Source of the DNA: Thermomicrobiales bacterium
Lineage (GTDB): Bacteria > Chloroflexota > Chloroflexia > Thermomicrobiales > UBA6265
Assembly (NCBI GenBank): GCA_035708745.1
Contig: DASTFJ010000250.1
Location: 76,987-140,986 of the forward strand
Direction: 5' to 3'
DNA length: 64,000 nt
The position numbers were made by a program, and so were the translations under genes. Positions 38,631 through 48,523 of the stretch are shown here, piece after piece. Position 1 is the first letter of the stretch. Each line of letters opens with the position of its first letter. The notes beneath the pieces were generated by a model that was not told where the DNA came from, did no database searches, and saw only the letters and a list, made by a program, of their open reading frames with translations.

Positions 38631-41404
38631 GTAGCGCAGCCCCAGCTCGGGATGAGCATTGGTACAAAGATTCCGCTGCGTCGGTCTGTAAAGAGCTGGG
38701 CGTAACTCCCGACCGAGGATTGAGCCCAGACGACGCCGCCAAGCGACAGAGCGAATACGGCCCGAACAAGCTGGCGGAGCAACCGCCCGAGCCGACCTGG
38801 AAAGCATTTCTTAGGCAGTATCGCGACCTGATGCAACTCGTACTTATCGGCGTGGCAATCATCAGCATCGTCGCGCTGGACGATTTCGGCACCGGCATAC
38901 TCATCTTTGGTCTGACGGTCTTCAATGCGGTTCTGGGCGTGAACCAGGAAGGCAAGGCAGCCGAAAGCGTCGCCGCTCTTCGCAAGATGTTGGTGATGAA
39001 AGCCAAAGTGCGCAGGAGTGGCGAGATCGTGGAAATGCCAGCCGAGGAGCTGGTGCCGGGCGATGTCATCTCATTCGAGGCGGGCGACAAGGTGCCCGCT
39101 GACGGCCGTCTGATCACCGCTGCTTCGCTCCAGATCGAGGAGGCCGGGCTGACCGGCGAGAGCGCACCGGTCGACAAGGACACCGCCGCCATTCCGGCCG
39201 AGAGTGTGCCGCTGGCTGACCGAATCAACATGGCGTTCATGAACACCACGGTCACCCGTGGGCGTGGCGAGATGGTGGTGACCGGTACCGGTATGAATAC
39301 GGAGATGGGGCAGATCTCCGGAATGCTGAGCGGGGTCAAGCAGGAAAAGACGCCACTCACCAAGCAGCTCGATCAGTTGACCATTGCCATCACGATCGCA
39401 GCAGCAGCGGCCCTGGTGTTCATTGTTGCGATTGGCCTGTACCGGGAGCAGTCCGCGCAGCAGATGTTCCTGCTCGGAATCAGCCTTGCCATTTCTGCCA
39501 TTCCGACCGGTATGCCGGCGGTCGTCACCACCCTCTTGTCCATGGGCACGCAACAGCTGGCAGAGAAGGGGGCAATCGTCAAACGGCTCCGCTCGGTCGA
39601 AACCCTTGGGGCCACCTCGGCGATTTGTTCCGACAAGACCGGTACCCTGACGTTGAACCAGATGACCGCGCGACAGTTGGTCATTCCGGGCCGCAAGTAC
39701 GAAATCGACGGTGAGGGATACTCAACGAACGGGCGGATTTTGCGAGTAGCGGGTGAGGGGGAGCCGAACTTCGAGGAAATCCTGATGCCGATGGCGCTCG
39801 CCTGCGATGCGGTCGTGAACGATGGCGAGATCGTTGGCGATCCCACCGAAGCTGCGCTCGTCGTCCTGGCGGCGAAAGGCGGCATCGACGTCGGCGGCAC
39901 ACGTCGCGAATATCCACGAATTGCTGAGGTGCCATTCGATTCAGCGTACAAGTTCATGGCCACGTTTCACGATATGACCGGCAAAGATGGTGAACCGGTC
40001 GTGCAGTGCTACGTCAAGGGCGCGCCCGACGTGATCCTGTCCCGGTCGACCACAGCGCGTCTGGCGGATGGAAAGCTCGAGCCGTTATCGGGTTATCAAC
40101 ACACTGTTCTCGCCGAAAACGACCGGCTGGCCAGTGAAGGCCTGCGCGTGATGGCAGTCGCCGCGCGGGAGATTCCCAAGAAATCCTTCGATCCGGATGG
40201 CGACCTCATGAGCTGGGTGCAAGATCTGCAAATGCTGGCGCTTGTTGGCATCGTCGACCCACCCCGTAAAGAGGCCAGGGACGCGATTGCCCTCTGCAAA
40301 GACGCCGGGATCCGCATTCGCATGATCACCGGCGACCACGCAACTACCGCAGCGGCGATTGCCAAACAGTTGGGCATCCAAGGCGAAGCCATTACTGGCG
40401 CAGAATTCGCCGCAATGAGCGACGAGGAGCTATCGAGCAGGTTGGCAGACATTGGGGTCGTTGCGCGCGTCGCGCCCGAGGACAAGGTCCGCCTGGTGGA
40501 CATGCTGAAAAAACAGAATAACGTCGTCGCCATGACCGGTGACGGAGTCAACGACGCGCCGGCATTGAAGCGCGCCGATATTGGTGTTGCCATGGGAATC
40601 ACCGGCACCGAGGTCACCAAGGAAGCCGCGGAGATGATTCTTACCGATGATAACTTCGCGACGATCGTAAAGGCGGTCGAAGGTGGGCGCGGTCTCTACG
40701 ACAACTTAATGAAGTATGTGCGCTTCCAGGTTGGGGTGCTTGTTGCCTTTATCGCGCTCTTCGTCTTGGCCGGCATCTTCGATATTGCAGACGGGATTCC
40801 CCTAAATCCCCTGCAGGTTCTCTGGATCAATTTCGCCATCGACGTTCCCATCGCCATCGGTCTCGGGTTCGATGCAGCTACCCCCGGTTTGATGAGCCGG
40901 TTGCCGCGGCGGGGCGATGCTTCGGTCTTGCCGCGATCGCTCGCGATTCGCCTCATCTCGGCCGGGCTCATCATGGCGATCACCGTTCTGGCGGTCGTCG
41001 CTTACGGCGAAGACCACTACAACCTCGCGGTTGCATTGACGATGGGCGTTACGACGCTATCGCTCTGCCACGTGGTGGCAGCGATCACCACGCGGGACTC
41101 GGAACGAAGCGCATTGTCGATGAACACCTTCGTTAATCGACGGTTCACGTATCTCACCATCCTGGTTCTCGCCTTGACCGTGCTCTCGACCGAGCTGGGA
41201 ATCCTCCAGCGAATTCTCGACACAGTGTCGATGACGCGCGACCAGTGGGGTATCTGCCTGATAGCCACTGGCATCCTTCTCGCGATCTACGAGGTAGCAA
41301 AGTTGATTCTGGGCCGCACCGGTTGGCTGAGCGTGTCGCCCGCGGCGCCGGTGATGGACCAGCCGGCAGCGTCGGTTGTCACTGGAGAAGTTGTCCCTGC
41401 CTGA
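38627..41404 (+). CDS. P-type (P2-like) cation-transporting ATPase
   Basis: [24 protein letters not shown] motifs and a cation-ATPase N-terminal domain. ATGA overlap with the NhaC stop. Confidence 0.9.
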   Translation: MSSAAPARDEHWYKDSAASVCKELGVTPDRGLSPDDAAKRQSEYGPNKLAEQPPEPTWKAFLRQYRDLMQLVLIGVAIISIVALDDFGTGILIFGLTVFNAVLGVNQEGKAAESVAALRKMLVMKAKVRRSGEIVEMPAEELVPGDVISFEAGDKVPADGRLITAASLQIEEAGLTGESAPVDKDTAAIPAESVPLADRINMAFMNTTVTRGRGEMVVTGTGMNTEMGQISGMLSGVKQEKTPLTKQLDQLTIAITIAAAAALVFIVAIGLYREQSAQQMFLLGISLAISAIPTGMPAVVTTLLSMGTQQLAEKGAIVKRLRSVETLGATSAICSDKTGTLTLNQMTARQLVIPGRKYEIDGEGYSTNGRILRVAGEGEPNFEEILMPMALACDAVVNDGEIVGDPTEAALVVLAAKGGIDVGGTRREYPRIAEVPFDSAYKFMATFHDMTGKDGEPVVQCYVKGAPDVILSRSTTARLADGKLEPLSGYQHTVLAENDRLASEGLRVMAVAAREIPKKSFDPDGDLMSWVQDLQMLALVGIVDPPRKEARDAIALCKDAGIRIRMITGDHATTAAAIAKQLGIQGEAITGAEFAAMSDEELSSRLADIGVVARVAPEDKVRLVDMLKKQNNVVAMTGDGVNDAPALKRADIGVAMGITGTEVTKEAAEMILTDDNFATIVKAVEGGRGLYDNLMKYVRFQVGVLVAFIALFVLAGIFDIADGIPLNPLQVLWINFAIDVPIAIGLGFDAATPGLMSRLPRRGDASVLPRSLAIRLISAGLIMAITVLAVVAYGEDHYNLAVALTMGVTTLSLCHVVAAITTRDSERSALSMNTFVNRRFTYLTILVLALTVLSTELGILQRILDTVSMTRDQWGICLIATGILLAIYEVAKLILGRTGWLSVSPAAPVMDQPAASVVTGEVVPA

Positions 41405-41451
41405 CACGGTCACTGCTTACCTCAGCGAGCGGTAAGCCCAGGAGGCTCCAC

Positions 41452-42363
41452 ATGCGAATTGTCATCGCACTTGGGGGAAATGCATTGCTCAAGCGTGGGC
41501 AGGCAATGTCCCAGGAAAACCAGCAAGCCAATGTGGAAACGGCCGCGCGGGCGATTGCCCCACTGGTCGCTGAACACGAAGTTGTTATCACACATGGGAA
41601 TGGCCCCCAGGTTGGACTGCTCTCGCTCCAGTCGCATGCATATGAACGGGTAGATCCTTATTCGCTCGATGTGCTGGGAGCCGAGACCGAGGGAATGATC
41701 GGGTACATGCTCGAAAGGGAGCTAGGAAATCTGCTGCCCGCCGCGAAACCGCTCGCAACCATCCTGACCATGATCGAAGTCGACCCGAACGATCCCGCTT
41801 TTCGTGATCCGACCAAATTCGTCGGTCCCATTTATGAAAAAGCACAAGCAAACCAGATTGCCACCGAAAAAGGATGGGTGATGAAGCCGGATGGCGATCA
41901 CTGGCGACGGGTTGTTCCCTCTCCAGCTCCGCGCAGGGTCTTCGAGATCCGTCCGATACGGTGGCTTCTGGAAAAGGGGGTATTGGTCATCTGTGCCGGT
42001 GGCGGTGGAATTCCAACGGCCTACACGCCGGGTCGCGAACGCGATCTCGAAGGTATCGAGGCCGTTATCGACAAGGACTTCGCCAGTGAGCTCCTTGCCC
42101 GGGATCTCGATGCCGACCTCTTCATTATGGCGACCGATGTCGATGGGGTCTATCGCGACTGGGGTACCCCTACCCAGATTCGAATCGATGAGATCCGAAT
42201 TTCCGGTCTCGAGACAAGCGATTTTCCAGCCGGGTCTATGGGTCCAAAAGTCGAGGCGGCCGCCCAGTTCGTTCGCCGAGCCGGCAAAGTCGCCGCCATC
42301 GGATCGCTCGATGACATTCAGGGAATCGTGATGGGCACGAAGGGAACCCGCTTTGTCGCGTAA
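41452..42363 (+). CDS. arcC: Carbamate kinase
   Basis: [13 protein letters not shown]...[11 protein letters not shown] motif. GGAGG lies upstream. Confidence 0.9.
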   Translation: MRIVIALGGNALLKRGQAMSQENQQANVETAARAIAPLVAEHEVVITHGNGPQVGLLSLQSHAYERVDPYSLDVLGAETEGMIGYMLERELGNLLPAAKPLATILTMIEVDPNDPAFRDPTKFVGPIYEKAQANQIATEKGWVMKPDGDHWRRVVPSPAPRRVFEIRPIRWLLEKGVLVICAGGGGIPTAYTPGRERDLEGIEAVIDKDFASELLARDLDADLFIMATDVDGVYRDWGTPTQIRIDEIRISGLETSDFPAGSMGPKVEAAAQFVRRAGKVAAIGSLDDIQGIVMGTKGTRFVA

Positions 42364-42393
42364 TGACGGAAGTACCCCGGGCAGTGATGTAGC

Positions 42394-44025
42394 ATGAACG
42401 GCCGATCCGACGACCTCGAGCTAGACCAGGCACCAGCAGCCGCGGCGGAACCAGGCGCGTTTTCCGCAACCGACCAACGACTTGCGCTGCTTCTCGCAGC
42501 CGCAATGTTCGTCCTGGTGGTCGATACCTCGTTGATGAACGTGTCGATCTCCGCCGTGGTGAAGGATCTCGACACCACCGTTAGTCGCCTTCAATCGACG
42601 ATAGCTCTCGAAGCGCTGATTTCGGCGTCCTTCATTCTCATCAACAGCAAGATTGGCGATCTGATCGGTCGGAAACGCGCATACGTGCTTGGACTGCTCG
42701 CCTACGCGCTTGGTGCGCTTTCCATGGTCTTCTCCGAGAATCTGACGACGATCATCATCTTTTGGGCGGTGCTTGGAGGGTTGGGCGCTTCGTTGCTCCT
42801 GCCGGCCATGCAGTCGCTCATCCATGGCAACTTTGAGGGTGCCGCTCAAACTCGTGTCTATGCCATGGTTGGCGCTTCAGCAGCGATCGCGGCCGCCATC
42901 GGTCCGCTTATCGGCGGATTCATCACCACGTATCTCTCGTGGCGGGTTGGTTTCGCGCTCGAAGTCGTCATCATCGCGGCCGTGCTTTCCGGAATCAAAT
43001 TAGTGAAGGACGTACCGTACACAGGTGAGCGAGGGGTCGACATTCCCGGCGCGATTCTGTCGGTGATCGGGATGGGTGGGGTGGTCCTGGGGGTTCTGGT
43101 CTGGCAAGAAGGCGGCGAAGCGGTTGGGGCCCTGATCGTCATCGGCGCGTCCGCGATCGGCGGCTTGATCTATTGGTTGATGAGGCAGAAGCGTGCTGGC
43201 AAGCAAGCGCTGCTGGACATCGATCTGTTCCGATCGCCGCAGTATCGGCTGGGAATCTCGCAGCAGATGCTGCAGCAACTCGCGCTCGGGGGCGCCATGA
43301 TTGCGCTGCCGATCTTCTTTCAGATGGTCCTGGAATACAACGCGATGAAATCCGGCCTATCGATCGCGCCGCTCTCATTGAGTATGTTTGGCGTTGCAAT
43401 CATCGCCGGGAGAAGGGCGGGGCGGCGGCGGCCAGCGTCCATCGTTCGAGGCGGATTTCTCCTGCTGACCATCGGCGCCTTGTTGTTGATCTTCATCGTT
43501 CCCCGAGCGGAGAGCGGCTGGTCGTTCGCCCCGGCATTGATCGTCATGGGATGCGGGCTGGGACTGCTGGTCTCCCAACTGAACAACTACACCTTGGCTC
43601 CAATATCAGACGACCGCATCAGCGAAGCCGCCGGCGTCAACTCAGCGGCCGGACAGTTCGGTCTGTCACTGGGCTTGGCCGTTGGGGGCGCAATCATGCT
43701 CGCGATGCTCTCTTGGGCATTCACTGACATTGCCAGCCAGAGCGAGGTGCTGACGCCTTCCGAGCAGACGCAGGTTGCGGACGCGCTGGAGAATGACGCT
43801 CAGGTCATGAGCAACACGCAACTGGAGGAGCTTATTGTCAACGCTCCTCCGGAGACCGAAGCAGAAATTATTCGCATCAATACCGAAGCTCGTCCCCTTG
43901 CCCTGCAATTTGCTTTGCTCGTCCCGCTGATTGCCGGACTCGTCGGCCTGCTTCTCTCCTTCCGGATGATACGGCTTCCAGAACTCGGGAATGTTCCCGA
44001 GCGAAGCAACGTGCTCGGCGGGTGA
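42394..44025 (+). CDS. MFS transporter, 14-TM DHA2 (EmrB/QacA-like) type
   Basis: 543 aa, with about 14 hydrophobic helices. Confidence 0.85.
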   Translation: MNGRSDDLELDQAPAAAAEPGAFSATDQRLALLLAAAMFVLVVDTSLMNVSISAVVKDLDTTVSRLQSTIALEALISASFILINSKIGDLIGRKRAYVLGLLAYALGALSMVFSENLTTIIIFWAVLGGLGASLLLPAMQSLIHGNFEGAAQTRVYAMVGASAAIAAAIGPLIGGFITTYLSWRVGFALEVVIIAAVLSGIKLVKDVPYTGERGVDIPGAILSVIGMGGVVLGVLVWQEGGEAVGALIVIGASAIGGLIYWLMRQKRAGKQALLDIDLFRSPQYRLGISQQMLQQLALGGAMIALPIFFQMVLEYNAMKSGLSIAPLSLSMFGVAIIAGRRAGRRRPASIVRGGFLLLTIGALLLIFIVPRAESGWSFAPALIVMGCGLGLLVSQLNNYTLAPISDDRISEAAGVNSAAGQFGLSLGLAVGGAIMLAMLSWAFTDIASQSEVLTPSEQTQVADALENDAQVMSNTQLEELIVNAPPETEAEIIRINTEARPLALQFALLVPLIAGLVGLLLSFRMIRLPELGNVPERSNVLGG

Positions 44026-44130
44026 ATTCGGCATATATCCGAGCGTCGCGCGTCGGATCGATTGGACCAGTGAACGGTTCACAGTGAGGAATTCATCGAT
44101 CGGCCGAAGTGCAAGAAAGGTAAACGCACC

Positions 44131-44628
44131 ATGGCAAATCTCATTGCGGTCACCTACCCCGACCCGGAAACAGCCAAGAAAGCGATGGAACGGGTGGATT
44201 GGGCAGATTTCGACGGGCAGGTCAATGTGCTCGATGCCTGCTGGATGGCAAACGACGGTGGCGAGGTCATCGTCAACCCCCAGGGTCACCCGGTTGTGGA
44301 GAGAGCGGCCCTGTACGGAGCCATGGGGCTCATGATCGGTGCGTTGTTCGCCATTCCTGTCGCCGGCCTCGCAGCCGGAGCAGCAATGGGTGGTTATCGG
44401 GGCAAGCAGAAAGGCCAGCACTTCGACGATGAATTCGCCGAGTCGATCAAATCGATTGTCGCCCAGGGTGGCTCAGCTATCGTGGTGCTTTATGAAGAGG
44501 GAGCGGATACCGAGAGGGCGGGTGCAGATCTGGCTCAGCTGGGAGGTACTGTGCACAGCACCACGATTTCCAACGAAGAATTGGCCGGAATTCAAGCGGC
44601 GCTCGATCGATCTGACGCTAACCGTTGA
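44131..44628 (+). CDS. DUF1269-family membrane protein (paralog 3)
   Basis: MANLIAVTYPDPETAKKAM start. Glycine zipper GAMGLMIGALFAIPVAGLAAGAAMGG. Confidence 0.75.
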   Translation: MANLIAVTYPDPETAKKAMERVDWADFDGQVNVLDACWMANDGGEVIVNPQGHPVVERAALYGAMGLMIGALFAIPVAGLAAGAAMGGYRGKQKGQHFDDEFAESIKSIVAQGGSAIVVLYEEGADTERAGADLAQLGGTVHSTTISNEELAGIQAALDRSDANR

Positions 44629-44795
44629 GCAGGTTTGGGGGGCTTTCCAATGGAAGAGTTGAGATCGAGCGCTGACGCCCGAAATGGGGCGGTGGATGGA
44701 TTGTGCCCAGGTCGGCTGCCCCGAAGCATTACACGTCGGAACTGACGTCGTGACCAAGTGAAAGCGTCTCCCGTCCGTATCTAAGGAGAAGAATC

Positions 44796-45494
44796 ATGAA
44801 CGCATCGTACCAAGGGAAGCGGCGCAGTGGATGGAGAATCTGGATTCTGTCGGTCGTTGGTATCGCATCTTTGCTCGCTTTGCCAATAGCTCGGTCGAGC
44901 GCCCAGGATGCGACACCGACAGCTGTCTTGTCGTCCGATCCAGCAAATTGCATTACCGACCCGATTTCGACCGACCACATGTCCGAACTGCTAGCGACAC
45001 CCGTTGCAACGCCGGATTGGCCGGTATCGGATGGCGGTGTCGTGGTGTTGCCCACAGGGGTTCCGTCGGATGATGCAGAGCTCACCGCGGTGGCATCGAC
45101 GATCGAACAATTGTGGTCGTGCAATAACGCCCGGAACAAGGGCGCCGTCTACGCGTTATTCACAGATGAGGCCATCCAGGAAACCATCGGCTTCACGGAG
45201 GCGGGATCCTGGGACGCGGCAGACCTGCGAGCCGATGTCGCCGCAGCGCTAACGCCGGGTGAACCTCGCACTCAAGAAGAATGGGCGAAGATCGATGCAA
45301 TCGTCAGCGCCACCACCTACTCCGATGGACAGGTCGGGGTGCTGATTCTGAATTCCGATCCGCTGGTAGCGGATGGAGATCAGGTGCTCGATTACTTTCG
45401 ATTCGTGATCACCGACGGCATAGCCAAGGTGAGCGCGGTTGTGCTCGATCCCTATGACCTCACCTCAGGATACGGCTTCGAAAAGGCTGCCTAG
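44796..45494 (+). CDS. Secreted hypothetical protein
   Basis: AAGGAG Shine-Dalgarno and a signal-peptide-like N-terminus ending ARSSAQDA. Confidence 0.55.
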   Translation: MNASYQGKRRSGWRIWILSVVGIASLLALPIARSSAQDATPTAVLSSDPANCITDPISTDHMSELLATPVATPDWPVSDGGVVVLPTGVPSDDAELTAVASTIEQLWSCNNARNKGAVYALFTDEAIQETIGFTEAGSWDAADLRADVAAALTPGEPRTQEEWAKIDAIVSATTYSDGQVGVLILNSDPLVADGDQVLDYFRFVITDGIAKVSAVVLDPYDLTSGYGFEKAA

Positions 45495-45797
45495 GTCGCC
45501 AGACGAAGGGCGTGCAGCCCGATGCGAATGATACGGATCTACCCTGGCGGCGCTGAACGTCGACAGGGTAGATACCGAGAACCGCGCAGTCGATCCCAAC
45601 CTCCCCATCGTTGAAGACCGCAGGCAACGCCGATGGACCCAGCCAGCGAAAAAACAATCGCACGACGCCTCGCGGATCGAGCGGCCGTGTTGGGGCAGCG
45701 TGGACGCCACCTTGCCGTTTCCAACCCTTCGGGGCATCGCGAGCAGTATGCATCGTGGCCGGCAAGCCACTTGATTCAGGGTCGAAAGCAGCCAGGC

Positions 45798-48470
45798 ATG
45801 AAAGCAATTGCAGAGGTCGTCCCACAGTTCGGCGAGCATATTGATGCAGGTTGGAGACGATGGGGACCATATCTTTCTGAGCGGCAGTGGGGAACGGTTC
45901 GTGAGGATTATTCGGAACACGGAGAAGCATGGGACGCTTTACCCCACGATCATGCCCGCTCGCGGGCCTATCGGTGGGGAGAAGATGGATTACTTGGCAT
46001 TTCCGACGACCGGCAGCTTCTCTGCTTCGCCGTTTCGCTATGGAATGGAGTGGATCCAATCCTCAAGGAACGGCTGTTCGGCCTGACCGGTAGCGAGGGC
46101 AATCACGGAGAAGACGTCAAGGAGTACTACTACTACCTCGACGCGACACCAACGCATTCCTATCTCAAGGGTCTCTACAAGTATCCACAGCGGCCATTTC
46201 CCTATCGCGATCTCGTGGAGACAAACCAGAGCCGCGGAAAGCACGACCCGGAATACGAGCTTATCGACACTGGAGCGTTCGCCGACGATCGCTATTTCGA
46301 CGTTCTTGTCGAATATGTCAAAGTCGGCCCTACCGACATCCTCATTCATATAGGCGCAACAAACCGCGGTCCCGACGCGGCAAAACTTGAAGTATTACCG
46401 ACGCTCTGGTTCCGAAACACATGGAGTTGGGGCCGGGACGACCGTCGTCCTGAATTGAGAGCGGTGGCGCTTCCGGGAGCGGGATACGCATTGGTCCATG
46501 CCCAGCATCCTGTGCTCGAGGACTATTGGCTCTCCTGCTCAGCAGAGCCTGAGCTGCTGTTCACCAATAATGAAACCAATCTCGAGCGGCTGTGGGGTGT
46601 GCCAAATCCGGGGCCGTTTGTCAAAGATGGCATTGGAGCCGCCATCGTGGACATGGCGCCCCATACGGTGAACCCGAACGCGACGGGCACAAAAGTCGCG
46701 GCTCGCTACACCCTGGAAATCGGCCCACAAGCGACATGTTCAATCTTTCTTCGAATCTCGAGCGAGCGCGGCGAAGACCCGTTCGCCGACTGCGACCGAA
46801 TCTTCGATTGGCGTCGTGCTGAGGCAGATACCTTCTATGCGTCTTTGTCCGGACCGTCCAGATCGAAAGACGAAGCAAATGTTCAGCGGCAGGCACTCGC
46901 CGGATTGATTTGGAGCAAGCAGTACTTCAACTTCGACGTCAGCGAATGGTTGGACGGCGATCCGTCTGGTCCTACCCCTCCCGAGGCACGGCAGAACGGC
47001 CGCAACGCGCGCTGGCGACACCATCGTAGTGCCGACGTGATCTCTATGCCCGACAAATGGGAATACCCCTGGTATGCGGCCTGGGATCTGGCGTTTCACA
47101 CCATGGCGTTTGGACTGGTCGATGCGGAATTCGCCAAGGAACAGCTTCTACTTCTGACGAATGAGCGATACATACATCCAAGCGGCCAACTCCCTGCCTA
47201 CGAATGGGCATTCAGTGACGTCAACCCGCCCGTACACATTCTTGCGGCGCGAGCACTGGTCATGATGGAAATGGCGCGAGGCGAACGAGCCGATCGTGAG
47301 TTTCTGTCCCGGATCTTCCACAAGCTGCTGCTCAATTTCACCTGGTGGGTCAATCGTAAGGATCCCAGCGATCGCAATCTCTTTGAAGGCGGCTTCCTCG
47401 GGCTCGACAACATCAGCGTTATCGACCGGAGCATGCAGCTTCCGGAGGATTTGACTTTGCAGCAGGCGGACGGCACGGCCTGGATGTCGACCTTCTGCCT
47501 GGGAATGGTGTGGGCCGCACTCGTTTTGGCCGAAGATGCGCCGGTGTATGCCGATCTGGCAACGACATTCTTCGAGCATTACATGTCTATCGGCGACGCA
47601 CTCAATGGATTCAGCGAGGGTGCATCAGGCCTTTGGGACGAAGAAGACGGCTTCTACTATGACGCAATTCAACGTTCCGACGGCGAGCGAAGGCCACTTA
47701 AGGTCCGTTCGCTGGTCGGCCTTCTCCCCATTGTGTCGGCCATTTCTTTAGACGATACACAGGCAAAGCGGCTCGCCCGAACGGTGCCGGTCGTTATCGG
47801 TACTATGACCGATCATCTCGGACGCCATCCGGAGCGGGCGCCGATGATGCAATCCCGTCTGACCGAGGATGGCTCCGAGATTCGAATGCTGACACTCGTT
47901 CCTGAAGAACGATTGCGTCGGGTTCTCACCCGCATCTTTGATCCGGACGAATTTCTCGGCGAGTACGGCATTCGTGCAATAAGCCGGTATCACCTTGAAC
48001 ATCCATATGAGCTCGACGCCCGCGGCCAGCACCTGACCGTTCAATACGAGCCCGCAGAATCGACGACCGGTATGTTCGGGGGAAACTCCAACTGGCGCGG
48101 ACCCATCTGGTTTCCGATGAACTTCATGGTGGTGCAGGGTCTCCGCAATCTCGGTTGCTACTACGGCCAGACCTTCCAGATCGAGTATCCGACTGGTTCC
48201 GGAACGCTTATGGCTCTGAGCGAGATCGCCGATGACCTCGCCCAGAGACTCGTTTCGATCTTCCTGAGGGATGAATCCGGCAGACGACCGGTATTTGGTG
48301 GCGTCGGTGTCATGCAGCACGATCCAAACTGGCGCGACCACCTGCTGTTCTACGAGTACTTCCATGGTGACAACGGAGCCGGCATCGGCGCGAGCCACCA
48401 GACTGGTTGGACTGCCCTGGTTGCCAACCTCATCGAATCCCAAGGGCCATTCCGCGGCTCAACGGATTAG
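45798..48470 (+). CDS. GH63-like glucosidase (large bacterial form)
   Basis: WRRWGPYLSERQWGTVREDYS and SEGNHGEDVKEYYYYLD patterns, plus an (alpha/alpha)6-type C-terminal domain. ATG 45798 chosen. Confidence 0.8.
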   Translation: MKAIAEVVPQFGEHIDAGWRRWGPYLSERQWGTVREDYSEHGEAWDALPHDHARSRAYRWGEDGLLGISDDRQLLCFAVSLWNGVDPILKERLFGLTGSEGNHGEDVKEYYYYLDATPTHSYLKGLYKYPQRPFPYRDLVETNQSRGKHDPEYELIDTGAFADDRYFDVLVEYVKVGPTDILIHIGATNRGPDAAKLEVLPTLWFRNTWSWGRDDRRPELRAVALPGAGYALVHAQHPVLEDYWLSCSAEPELLFTNNETNLERLWGVPNPGPFVKDGIGAAIVDMAPHTVNPNATGTKVAARYTLEIGPQATCSIFLRISSERGEDPFADCDRIFDWRRAEADTFYASLSGPSRSKDEANVQRQALAGLIWSKQYFNFDVSEWLDGDPSGPTPPEARQNGRNARWRHHRSADVISMPDKWEYPWYAAWDLAFHTMAFGLVDAEFAKEQLLLLTNERYIHPSGQLPAYEWAFSDVNPPVHILAARALVMMEMARGERADREFLSRIFHKLLLNFTWWVNRKDPSDRNLFEGGFLGLDNISVIDRSMQLPEDLTLQQADGTAWMSTFCLGMVWAALVLAEDAPVYADLATTFFEHYMSIGDALNGFSEGASGLWDEEDGFYYDAIQRSDGERRPLKVRSLVGLLPIVSAISLDDTQAKRLARTVPVVIGTMTDHLGRHPERAPMMQSRLTEDGSEIRMLTLVPEERLRRVLTRIFDPDEFLGEYGIRAISRYHLEHPYELDARGQHLTVQYEPAESTTGMFGGNSNWRGPIWFPMNFMVVQGLRNLGCYYGQTFQIEYPTGSGTLMALSEIADDLAQRLVSIFLRDESGRRPVFGGVGVMQHDPNWRDHLLFYEYFHGDNGAGIGASHQTGWTALVANLIESQGPFRGSTD

Positions 48471-48523
48471 GCGTTCAGAGCTCGCGGTGATTGGCCCGAT
48501 CGGGCGCCAAAGGAACTCACGAA

